From: a virus
Direction: 5' to 3' (one strand)
DNA: 64,000 bases
Virus record (IMG/VR): IMGVR_UViG_3300009177_000036
Span: 2,853-66,852 of that record
How positions within the stretch are numbered: the first letter of the stretch is position 1; the number at the start of each line of letters is the position of its first letter. The notes beneath the pieces are model-generated. The model was not told the DNA's origin. It made no database searches and saw only the letters and a list, made by a program, of their open reading frames with translations. A program made the position numbers and the translations under genes. Shown one piece after another: positions 10,812-19,166 of this stretch.

Positions 10812-11283
10812 ACCTATACGAAGCCCCGACTTTGACGAATCCAAAAAGCTCAAAGAGTCTGCCTTTTGATTCTACATCAACTCCGGAGTTCATATCAAGA
10901 TTTAGTGGGAGATGGGAGGCCTGGGCTGTTATTTTGGCCAGTTTAATCAATTTCAGGCCCAGTTTACTGGTGGCCCGGGCTTCGGGGGTCAGGTAGAGCC
11001 ATACATTAATCAGGTATTCATCCTCAGACCAGTGAGGGGAAGTGACTACGAACGCCAGCGATCCAACCAATTCATCATCAAGGAAAGCCAAGAAGGTGAG
11101 GCCCTCCTGGAGCGTCTGCGCGATAAACCTCTTGAGCTTAGGCTCTGAGAGTCTACCAACATTATATGAGCACTCAGAATGGGCCGCCTCTAGCAGGGGA
11201 TATATTTCATTGACGCATCGATCGGTGATGGGGGCCCGCAGAATAAGTTCACGACGAGCCGGAGCCTGGGATTTCTTTGCCAT
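10801..11283 (-). CDS. GNAT-family acetyltransferase-like tail protein
   Basis: VWLYLTPEAR...G and FGF motifs; typical position before ejection proteins. Confidence 0.7.
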   Translation of the reverse strand: MAKKSQAPARRELILRAPITDRCVNEIYPLLEAAHSECSYNVGRLSEPKLKRFIAQTLQEGLTFLAFLDDELVGSLAFVVTSPHWSEDEYLINVWLYLTPEARATSKLGLKLIKLAKITAQASHLPLNLDMNSGVDVESKGRLFELFGFVKVGASYRYGR

Positions 11284-11301
11284 CTTGGGAGAATAGTCCC
11301 C

Positions 11302-11640
11302 CTAGAGGTTTTTGTCAAGTTCCTTCATCCGAGCCGCCAGCTTATCCCACGAGATTTTGGAGGCTTGGCGCGGGCCGCTCTGGGCTTTCTGCTCCCGTAT
11401 GGCCTGATGGAAGTGCTTCATTCTCTTATGGCCTGCGGCACTGGAACCGTCTCCCAGCATTGAGACCACGTCTGCAGGGGTGATGTGCTCATCTTCAGCG
11501 AGGGCAATGGGACGGCCTCCCGGACCCACGGCAGGGATGGAGTCGGACAGGCCGGTGCCACCACCCTTGATCATCGTGGTCGGTCGGGTTGCGACCCGGT
11601 GCTTGTGAATGACTTCGAGAAGCGCGCTCTTAGGGTCCAT
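11302..11640 (-). CDS. Conserved phage virion-associated protein
   Basis: GGGTGLSDSIPA...LAEDEHITPADVVS.LGDGSS motif. Confidence 0.65.
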   Translation of the reverse strand: MDPKSALLEVIHKHRVATRPTTMIKGGGTGLSDSIPAVGPGGRPIALAEDEHITPADVVSMLGDGSSAAGHKRMKHFHQAIREQKAQSGPRQASKISWDKLAARMKELDKNL

Positions 11641-11672
11641 GGGGGATTAAGCCTTTCTTCTGAGGCCCTGCC

Positions 11673-11969
11673 TCAAGTGACAACAGTTCCGGGCACGAGG
11701 GCTAGCCAGTCTGAGCCATCGGAGTAGGCTGGGGTTAAGGGGCCCGCCGACGGAAGGTACATGATAATTGAGTGGATCCATTTGGCCGGATCGGGAAGGT
11801 TGCCCTCTGCGTAATGGCCGGTTAGAACTGGACTATGCTTCCATTGATAATTGTTTTCAATGGTTTGAATAGTATTATTGAGCCACCGATCGAGTTGTTC
11901 AGGATAGTTTTGAATCCCTGGCCTGGGGGGAGGAGGAAAGAGTGGGTTTGGGGAATCGGGGTTCGCCAT
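11673..11969 (-). CDS. Putative tail component
   Basis: Coupled to the nozzle gene, AYSDGSDW motif. Confidence 0.55.
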   Translation of the reverse strand: MANPDSPNPLFPPPPRPGIQNYPEQLDRWLNNTIQTIENNYQWKHSPVLTGHYAEGNLPDPAKWIHSIIMYLPSAGPLTPAYSDGSDWLALVPGTVVT

Positions 11970-13997
11970 TTAATAACGAGACCCTGGGTCAATATCTGCA
12001 CGGATTTCTCCCGGAACTATGCGCCAGTAATCGTTGGTCCCATTAGTGGAAAACTTCATTCCAAACTGCCGGGCCTGGAACAAAACGTCCACCCTCTGGG
12101 TTGTGGGGGTAATGAAGTAGGGTCCTTTGTTCACTTCCAGCGGCCCAAACGGATTCCGAGAGCCTGTAAATGTAACACTAACGCCCGGGCCTGTCAAGTA
12201 GAAGCTGGGGATAAATTGACTGAAGTTTGCTGTTAATTCACCGGAGGGGATTTCCTGGGGTCCGAGTTCAACCCAAGCATTGATGGCCGCCCCATTGTCC
12301 GAGGTCCCCGACTCCTGGAAGTAGATTTGTCCTGAAGAGTCCACCGATATGGGATTGGGGAAGACGTCGGCGTCGCGCCACACATTCCGGTCGTAAGTGC
12401 CATTCATCCAATGCCGTTCTTTATAATTGAAGATGATGTAGATTTGCTTTGGGGGATAGATGACCCAGACTTCGTCGAAGGCCGTGTTGAAGCTGACGAA
12501 TATTTGCTCGTTCTGAACTGGGTCAACTTGGTTGAAGAACCACTGACGGACCGGGCAAGTGACCTCTTGGGGCTGGCCTCCGGCATACTCAAAGAAAAGC
12601 TGCTCGCTGCTGGTCCAGAAGGCGTAGCCCCCCGTGACATCGCAGGCATTTTCCCCAATGAGTCCGCAGTTAGCTCCCAGTAGGGAATATTGGTAAGTGG
12701 CCTGGGGCAGCCCGAGGAAACGCTGAGAGTAGAGGGAAGTGTCGGACCAGATGAGGTTTTCGCCCCGGGCCCGCTTGCCGCGCATGAGTCGACTGCCTGC
12801 GGAAAGGGGTGTGGAGCTTGCTTGATTGTTGGCGGCGGCGACCCAGATTGTGTTGTTGCCGAGATCGGAGTTAGCCTGGGTCATCGGCTCGAAGGTGCCG
12901 GTGTCGTTGGTCCCAAGAGCGTTGAGGAGAGCCAGGGTGTCAACGTAAATGGCGTTGGTCTCAGTGGGCGCATTCAGGAGGGCGATCGCTCTCCGGGAGG
13001 GATTATTCTGCCACTCAAAAATGCCCTGGCCCCGGGGACACGCCTCAAGGAACTGGCCGAAATTGTCGAGGGTCCAAACCCCAGGGTAGATCGGAGCGCC
13101 CGTGCGGGCCGTGCCCCAGGGACCCAGGCCCCAGCCGCCCACGCCCCAACCTTGGCCGCCCACGCCCGTGTTGCGCATGGAGTTTATCTCAAAAAGATAA
13201 TTATCCAGGGTGGTGCCCCCGGTAGCGGTGGCTGTGGCGTTATGACCCGCGTCGAAGATGAAGGTGTTGGCGTTGGTGACGGTGGTGACGTGGAAGCCCT
13301 TGAAGGTAGCAATCGTCGGGGTGCCACCACCTACCGCTGTAGAAGTGGCGGGAACATCGTTGTAGAAGGTGACGGTATTGGAGTTGACAATCTGGACTGA
13401 GTATTGACCGGTGGGAAGTATGCCACCAACGATTGACGCCCCCGAAATGGAGATAAGATCATTGGCCACAAGGTTATGGGACGGAAGGGTCAGGGTGACG
13501 AGGGCCGACCCTGCGACTGTGCTGAAAGGATTGTTGTAGGTGTTTGTGGTCCCCGAGAGAACCAAACCTCCGACGAAGAGGGGGAAGGCCGTGCCGGAAT
13601 TAATCCAGACGGTGTCATTCGGAAAAGCCCCATGATTGGTCAGGGAGACCGTGACGAAGGGAGAACCCACTGTGGTGCTGAATGAGTTGATGCCGAAAAC
13701 CCCCTGGGACCGGATCGGGGTGATATCAAAAAGTTGATTAAACTTCATGACATACAACTTTGAGGTCGTGCCAAATGCCGCGATGGGGTTGCCCGCAAGG
13801 TCAGCATAATCGTAAATGCCGCAGCACCGCCCGTACATTTTGAGTCCAGAGGTGATCGCCGCTATTGAGCCGCCGATTTTCTGGACCCCACCCCGGTAGC
13901 TGCGCATCCGGTTCGAGTCGACAAGAGCCCCCTTAGCGGCATAGTAAGAGTCATCCTTGGTGACGCCAGGGAGGAAATTGATGGGGGTGATAGTCAC
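11970..13997 (-). CDS. Tail nozzle / stabilisation protein (beta-propeller, P22 gp10-like role)
   Basis: 675 aa, WTLDNFGQ, EVWVIYP, YNYKE-like motifs; beta-rich insertion. Confidence 0.7.
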   Translation of the reverse strand: MTITPINFLPGVTKDDSYYAAKGALVDSNRMRSYRGGVQKIGGSIAAITSGLKMYGRCCGIYDYADLAGNPIAAFGTTSKLYVMKFNQLFDITPIRSQGVFGINSFSTTVGSPFVTVSLTNHGAFPNDTVWINSGTAFPLFVGGLVLSGTTNTYNNPFSTVAGSALVTLTLPSHNLVANDLISISGASIVGGILPTGQYSVQIVNSNTVTFYNDVPATSTAVGGGTPTIATFKGFHVTTVTNANTFIFDAGHNATATATGGTTLDNYLFEINSMRNTGVGGQGWGVGGWGLGPWGTARTGAPIYPGVWTLDNFGQFLEACPRGQGIFEWQNNPSRRAIALLNAPTETNAIYVDTLALLNALGTNDTGTFEPMTQANSDLGNNTIWVAAANNQASSTPLSAGSRLMRGKRARGENLIWSDTSLYSQRFLGLPQATYQYSLLGANCGLIGENACDVTGGYAFWTSSEQLFFEYAGGQPQEVTCPVRQWFFNQVDPVQNEQIFVSFNTAFDEVWVIYPPKQIYIIFNYKERHWMNGTYDRNVWRDADVFPNPISVDSSGQIYFQESGTSDNGAAINAWVELGPQEIPSGELTANFSQFIPSFYLTGPGVSVTFTGSRNPFGPLEVNKGPYFITPTTQRVDVLFQARQFGMKFSTNGTNDYWRIVPGEIRADIDPGSRY

Positions 13998-14016
13998 TTA
14001 GGACTCCGTCCCGCCT

Positions 14017-14613
14017 TTAGATGAACTGCTGATTCATAATGAGGGCCAGCGCCGGGGCCGATATGGTAAGGCTCTGATCGCCGCCACCCGGGAAAGCTTC
14101 CGTGGCGAGGAGGCCCGGGCCGATGAGAATTTTGGCATTAAGAAAATCTGCCGTAGTGTCACTGGCGCTGAAGAAGACTGTGCCGGGAGAGGCTTGGCCG
14201 CTCTGCGTTATGATGGGGGCGTAGAAGATATTGACCCCATCGGTGTAGATAATCCCCACACCCCCAGGCTGCATAACTACGCTATTAATACCATTTGTGA
14301 TTGTAACCTGTTGGGCTACGAGGGTCTGGTTAGCTGCAATGTAGAATTTCTGGACTGTGGGAATCTGGACAGTTCCAGGGACCCCGGGGTTGCCCTGAAT
14401 AAGAAGAATGGGGGAGCGCGCCTCATTGGTGGCGAAGACGGTGGTTGTTAGGATGTAGGTCGTGGCGTCCACAAGGGTGATCGCGGTGACGCCCGCGCAG
14501 GCCTGATCCACAAGCTGAAAGACTGCATTATTGGCCTCAGTCCCCCAAGTGTCGACGAAGGACCCGGTGGACATAAGCTCAAAGCCGAGCCTAGTGCTGG
14601 GAGTTGAAACCAT
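14017..14613 (-). CDS. Tail fibre N-terminal/anchor protein
   Basis: STRLGFELM.TG....TWG..AN N-terminal pattern. Confidence 0.55.
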   Translation of the reverse strand: MVSTPSTRLGFELMSTGSFVDTWGTEANNAVFQLVDQACAGVTAITLVDATTYILTTTVFATNEARSPILLIQGNPGVPGTVQIPTVQKFYIAANQTLVAQQVTITNGINSVVMQPGGVGIIYTDGVNIFYAPIITQSGQASPGTVFFSASDTTADFLNAKILIGPGLLATEAFPGGGDQSLTISAPALALIMNQQFI

Positions 14614-14626
14614 TAGATAGCTCCCT

Positions 14627-15310
14627 TCATTGGGTCACGGGCCCGTTAGCAAGATTCATTTCCGGCGTACCCATATTGAATGTCTGGGTGGTGTTGACCC
14701 GGTAGTCCGAGCGCTGAGTGGTGATGTATTCGGCGATGACAGCTTGGCGCGCCGCGAGGAAAAGCTTTTCCCAATAGTCCTTCAGGGCCGGGTCCTGCTT
14801 GAAAAGCGCGCCCTCCAAGCAGACCGAGGAGAGAAGGGCATCCTGGGCGTTGGTCGAAATCCAGTCCGATGGGTTGGCCACTGATAGGCTCGGAAGGCGG
14901 CGCGCATAGATAAAGTTGTAGTTATAGGACTGATTGGGGGTCGGCCCCAGGAAAAGCTGGGTATCGGAGTATTCTGCGAAGAAACGTGGCTCCCCGGTGT
15001 CATTGACATTTGAATACATGGAGCGCAGGCTATCAAACTCGCGCATCTCCAAAATGGTGCTCGTCCCGTCCGGACCTAGGACCTCGAAGTCTCGGACGAA
15101 GATGCAATCGGTGGGCAGGGTGAATAGACTCACGGCAGCGGGTAGGGCCCCGGACTGAATCTTGCGGAACTGTCGGAGGATGGCAAAGGCCCGGCCCATG
15201 CGCGCGTAGGCCTGATCGATCAGGGTCGGCATCGCAGTCATGAGTTCAGTGCTATTGTCCCGAAGGTAGGCGGGGACCGCAACTATAAGTTCAGGGTAAT
15301 CTAGGGCCAT
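14627..15310 (-). CDS. Head-tail adaptor protein
   Basis: GEPRFFA, LGPTP, WISTNAQDALL..L.EGA.F pattern. Confidence 0.7.
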   Translation of the reverse strand: MALDYPELIVAVPAYLRDNSTELMTAMPTLIDQAYARMGRAFAILRQFRKIQSGALPAAVSLFTLPTDCIFVRDFEVLGPDGTSTILEMREFDSLRSMYSNVNDTGEPRFFAEYSDTQLFLGPTPNQSYNYNFIYARRLPSLSVANPSDWISTNAQDALLSSVCLEGALFKQDPALKDYWEKLFLAARQAVIAEYITTQRSDYRVNTTQTFNMGTPEMNLANGPVTQ

Positions 15311-15311
15311 C

Positions 15312-15968
15312 TTAGCCGAACTCGAATATCATGCACAGGCCGTCACCGCCCGCCGCCCCATCGAACCGAGTGGAGGGGGAAATGAACGTACCGCTGGCCC
15401 CACCGGACCCGGGAACAATGGCTGGCGTGGGCGTTGCAGATAGGCCGCCCGGGGAACCGCCGCCCCAGAAACTGGAGCCGCCCTCGCCGCCGTAGGTGTT
15501 GGCCCCGTCGTTATTGAAGCCACCCCCGTCGCCCCCGGGGATGTGAAGACCGGGCCCGATACCCCCGCTACCACCACAATGGCTGGGGGGTGTGACTGCT
15601 CGAAGGCCGCCCGCTGCAGAGAGGATCGTGCCAAAGAGGGCCGGGGACCCATTGGTCGCCAGGACGGGCCCGCTAACTGTGCCGCCCGTGCCCTTGGATG
15701 GGACGGTGATCTGAACTGGAAATTTATAGGTGGCAACATTTAGAAGGGCGATGACAGTTTCCCCAGCCCCTGCGCCGCTCACGGGACCCCCGGCTCCAGA
15801 ACTGGAGTAGTTGCCGCCGGCCCCCGAGCCAGTGAGGAACACGAGGATGTTCTTTGTCCCAGCAGTCGGGGTGTACTGGAAGGTCCCAGGCGTAGAATAG
15901 ACAAACTGACGGACAGCATGGAGGGGAATGCCCAGGCCCTGCGGGAATCCTGCAATCCCGAACTGCAT
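15312..15968 (-). CDS. Glycine-rich tail fibre-related protein
   Basis: Gly-rich repeats, PGTFQYTPTAG. Confidence 0.6.
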   Translation of the reverse strand: MQFGIAGFPQGLGIPLHAVRQFVYSTPGTFQYTPTAGTKNILVFLTGSGAGGNYSSSGAGGPVSGAGAGETVIALLNVATYKFPVQITVPSKGTGGTVSGPVLATNGSPALFGTILSAAGGLRAVTPPSHCGGSGGIGPGLHIPGGDGGGFNNDGANTYGGEGGSSFWGGGSPGGLSATPTPAIVPGSGGASGTFISPSTRFDGAAGGDGLCMIFEFG

Positions 15969-15970
15969 GA

Positions 15971-16363
15971 TTAAAGGCTCCCGGACGATACGATAATATT
16001 GATGACTTCGGTGTTCTGGGTCGAGGCCCGGAGGAGAGCCGCAGTTCCGGGCAGGGTGAGGCCAACGAGGATGGGCACCGTGGTTTCGAAGGTCGCAACA
16101 TTGGACCCCGGGGTGATCGCAGTTACCGGGACTTCGGTGTAGAGACGATTGGTGGCTCCACCATCCGGGCTCACGAAGAACCGGACCATGCCTGCGGCGG
16201 AGGTTGAGGTGTGCTTGATCTGGACATTCTGAAGGAACTTGCCGTTGGTAGTTCCCGAGGCGATGGTCACGATAGTGCCGGTGCCGTCACGGTTTGTGTT
16301 GGCGGTCGTGACTTGGCCGACGTCGATGATGGGGGTATTGGCGAATGCGGGGTTCGTAGCCAT
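15971..16363 (-). CDS. Structural protein (beta-rich)
   Basis: GGAGG RBS, Thr/Ala-rich. Confidence 0.6.
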   Translation of the reverse strand: MATNPAFANTPIIDVGQVTTANTNRDGTGTIVTIASGTTNGKFLQNVQIKHTSTSAAGMVRFFVSPDGGATNRLYTEVPVTAITPGSNVATFETTVPILVGLTLPGTAALLRASTQNTEVINIIVSSGSL

Positions 16364-16401
16364 CTTGGTCCCTCCGGGACGAAGTTACAGAATTCCCCTA
16401 T

Positions 16402-16431
16402 ATTCTAACAGGCGGCAAAGCCGCAGTGCAA
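16402..16431 (-). promoter_or_regulatory. Putative late-class promoter TTGCAC-18-TAGAAT
   Basis: Intergenic, TGn extended -10, shared pattern with four other sites. Confidence 0.55.
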
Positions 16432-16448
16432 GTTATCGCAGCCCGGCT

Positions 16449-16775
16449 TTAGGTTCCGGGAGGGAAGTGCTGGACTGGGATAGTAAGATTCGGGGCGAGG
16501 GGATCATACTGCTGTCCCTGCTGATTGAAGTTGATGTCCGCAGGGCCAACGTCTATTTCCTGAACGGGTTGGGGATGTTGAAGAGACGCCCCCTCAGGTC
16601 CCTGAGGTTTCCGTAGTTCAAGCTGAGGATGAAAAGAATCATAACACTCAGGGCAGCAATATACAGTCTTAGTCCGTGAAAATCCATGGTATTCCTGCAG
16701 ATCATTGTAACCAACCCAACGCCCGCAAATATAGCAAACTTGGATTTCGTAGTTATTTCGAGAGCTTCTACGCAT
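16449..16775 (-). CDS. Small zinc-binding virion-module protein
   Basis: CxxCG...CPECYD..HPQL motif. Confidence 0.7.
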   Translation of the reverse strand: MRRSSRNNYEIQVCYICGRWVGYNDLQEYHGFSRTKTVYCCPECYDSFHPQLELRKPQGPEGASLQHPQPVQEIDVGPADINFNQQGQQYDPLAPNLTIPVQHFPPGT

Positions 16776-16804
16776 CGACTATTGCACTTCCATCAGCTAT
16801 TGCC

Positions 16805-18208
16805 CTACCTACGCCAAGCGTGGCGGACCGAGGGCTTCCAGTAGAAATTATTGCGTTCACGATCCTCTTCCCGGGCATCATTAAAGACTTCGTCATACTC
16901 GGCCTTAAGGGCGGAGATCACCTGTTGCCGGGCAGCAGGGTCCTTGACCCAAAGTTCGGGACTCTTAAGGGCAAGCTTATAGGATAGTCCGGAGACCAGG
17001 GCCGGGAGGAACCGCTTCGGAATGTCGAGGCTATTGCTCTGAACCCCCGGATCCTGAATGTATCGGATTTGGATGTACGTTAGTACATAGGTGTCGTTGT
17101 TTGGGACGGGCCAGACTGTGACGGTGGTGAACCCAGATTGACGGTCGGTCCAGTATTTCAGAGGCTGGCTCTGGTTGGTCTTGTCGTTAATGTTGAGGTA
17201 TTGCTCCCGGGAGATGCGCTCCATCGGAATGTCAGTCTTAGTGTTGACGGGCCCTCCGGGGAGGGTCATCACAGCCTGCAGGATGTCGGAGGTGTTCGAG
17301 GGCAGAAGGTAGGTGGCCACGCCCGAGACCAGGGGAAGAGTCAGGGTCTCCAAGGTCCAGAGGTTAATGCCTTTATTGGTCCACTCCTGAAGGAGCAGGG
17401 GCAGGGTCTGGGTGACGGCTTTGGCTTGCTGGGAGCCTGTGACTTGTTCACCGCCCACCCGAGAAAACGCCTCGTCGGTGATGGCAATGATGTCAAGGGT
17501 GAAGCAGTAGCTGCCTGAAGTTGGGGGGATGACGCAGTTATCGGGGGCGGTTGTGACGGCAAAGGTGGTCGTGTCGCCCGTCGATGGATCCGTGACAACG
17601 ATGTTCTGTGGGGTGGCGGGACTGGAATAGGTCAGCGTTGCTGACGTAGTTGAGATGATCGTCTGGGCGGTAATGATTCCCGAAGAGACCGTGAAAATAG
17701 GGGAACCTGGGGTTCCAGGAGTCCAAGAAGTATTGGTTCCTGTGACCGTGAGGGTGTTGCCTGAGGTGGACACCTGGACGCTGGTCGGCAGGACCGTGAT
17801 GCTAGAAGTGATTGCCCCGGTTGCAGTATAGGCGAACGGTGTCGGATTGGACAGGACCCCGCTGGCCACGGCAGAGATATTGATGGCCCCCGACTGATGA
17901 GGGGTGTAGGTGAAATTAAGGGGTGTGGCTGTGCCGCCCGCAGGCGTCAGGATCGAGGCCGGGCTGAAAGTCCCGTGGGGGATGACGTTGTCCGAAAGGG
18001 TGATCGTGATGCCCGAAGGCCAGTTGCCGCCGATCGGGGTCAGGGTTATCGTGCCCGAAGAAACGTTTATCTGACTGGTATTGGACCCGGAGATGGAATA
18101 AGATGTGGCGGTGACTGGGGGCCCGGCAGAGAACATACCGGCATAGGAAATTATCCCAGGTCCACCGCCTAGAACATTTTGATTCCCTGCCGAATAATTT
18201 ATAAGCAC
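16805..18208 (-). CDS. Head-tail adaptor with N-terminal Ig-like extension
   Basis: C-terminal ~230 aa: EWTNKGINLWT, ISREQYLNI..K, VWPVP, DIPKRFLPALVSGL; N-terminal Thr/Ser beta-rich region. Confidence 0.7.
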   Translation of the reverse strand: MLINYSAGNQNVLGGGPGIISYAGMFSAGPPVTATSYSISGSNTSQINVSSGTITLTPIGGNWPSGITITLSDNVIPHGTFSPASILTPAGGTATPLNFTYTPHQSGAINISAVASGVLSNPTPFAYTATGAITSSITVLPTSVQVSTSGNTLTVTGTNTSWTPGTPGSPIFTVSSGIITAQTIISTTSATLTYSSPATPQNIVVTDPSTGDTTTFAVTTAPDNCVIPPTSGSYCFTLDIIAITDEAFSRVGGEQVTGSQQAKAVTQTLPLLLQEWTNKGINLWTLETLTLPLVSGVATYLLPSNTSDILQAVMTLPGGPVNTKTDIPMERISREQYLNINDKTNQSQPLKYWTDRQSGFTTVTVWPVPNNDTYVLTYIQIRYIQDPGVQSNSLDIPKRFLPALVSGLSYKLALKSPELWVKDPAARQQVISALKAEYDEVFNDAREEDRERNNFYWKPSVRHAWRR

Positions 18209-18222
18209 AATGGCCCCAACCT

Positions 18223-19164
18223 TTAGGGCTGAGTGATGATCAGAATGTTAAGGTCATCAGCCCCAGTTGCAGTAAAGCGTAGCGCCACGGTGTTGCCATT
18301 CAGATCGCCCGCTGCTAGATTTATAGCATACAAGCCGTTGCCCAGTCCAGTTACACTGTTCGCGCAGGCAGAATATGAGCCCGCATCCAGGGATCGAGTG
18401 GCCGTGACCGTGAGGCCCGGGTCAGGATTGTGGTTGGTACTATCCTTCATTTCAAAGACAAATCCGTTAAGGGCCTGATTCTTCTTGATGTTGGAGGCCG
18501 AGCCATTGACGGTGCCGATAGTGACGGGGTTGGTGACGCTGCCCACTGCCCCGGTGACGGAGCCGACGCTGCCTACGACATTACCACCCACGTTACCGAC
18601 AACGCTCCCTACAGTTCCATTGACGTTGCCGCCGACATTGCCTGTGACTGAACCCACTGCGCCTGCAACACTGGAAGCCACAACTCGGCCCGTGCCATCG
18701 ATTGTCAGGAGACCAAAGTTGGTGGGCACGGAGATACTGGTCGCCCGCGAAGAAATCGTGGCGTCGAGGTTCGAGAGGCCCAGATTAACGCCGCTCTGTG
18801 GATTATAGGCTACGATGTCGATAACCAGCGAGGCCGGTGACATGCTGGAGGCCCCAGAGAACACGAATTCCACATAGTCACCCTGGAGTCCCGTGCCGGT
18901 GAATTGGTTGGGCAATCCGACCTCGTAGACTCCGGGAGCGTTGGCCGCGTCGACCTCTTTGAACCAACCTGAGGCCCAGGTCCCAAGGGAACCGGTGGAA
19001 GTCAGGGTGAAGGTTGTGTATGCTCCCGCGTGACCCCGAACCCGATAAGCCCCGGTGATTCCTGACGAAGCGGAGGAGAGTCCCGGAAGAGGAGCCCCGG
19101 TGGTGGAATTATAGACGGTGATTTCACGAAGGACGCTGGTCGCCCCTGCAAGAACTGCTACCAC
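18223..19164 (-). CDS. Tail fibre/spike-associated protein
   Basis: GNVGGNV/GSVTG repeats. Confidence 0.6.
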   Translation of the reverse strand: MVAVLAGATSVLREITVYNSTTGAPLPGLSSASSGITGAYRVRGHAGAYTTFTLTSTGSLGTWASGWFKEVDAANAPGVYEVGLPNQFTGTGLQGDYVEFVFSGASSMSPASLVIDIVAYNPQSGVNLGLSNLDATISSRATSISVPTNFGLLTIDGTGRVVASSVAGAVGSVTGNVGGNVNGTVGSVVGNVGGNVVGSVGSVTGAVGSVTNPVTIGTVNGSASNIKKNQALNGFVFEMKDSTNHNPDPGLTVTATRSLDAGSYSACANSVTGLGNGLYAINLAAGDLNGNTVALRFTATGADDLNILIITQP

Positions 19165-19166
19165 TT

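Noticed and set aside
6683-13400. Long plus-strand ORFs (6683, 8181, 9888, 12690; also 30765)
   Set aside because: Antisense shadows of real minus-strand genes in GC-rich DNA, with no motifs.
18520-18670. Repeats in the GNVGGNV region as DGR template/variable repeats
   Set aside because: Peptide-level repeats with degenerate codons; no reverse transcriptase seen.
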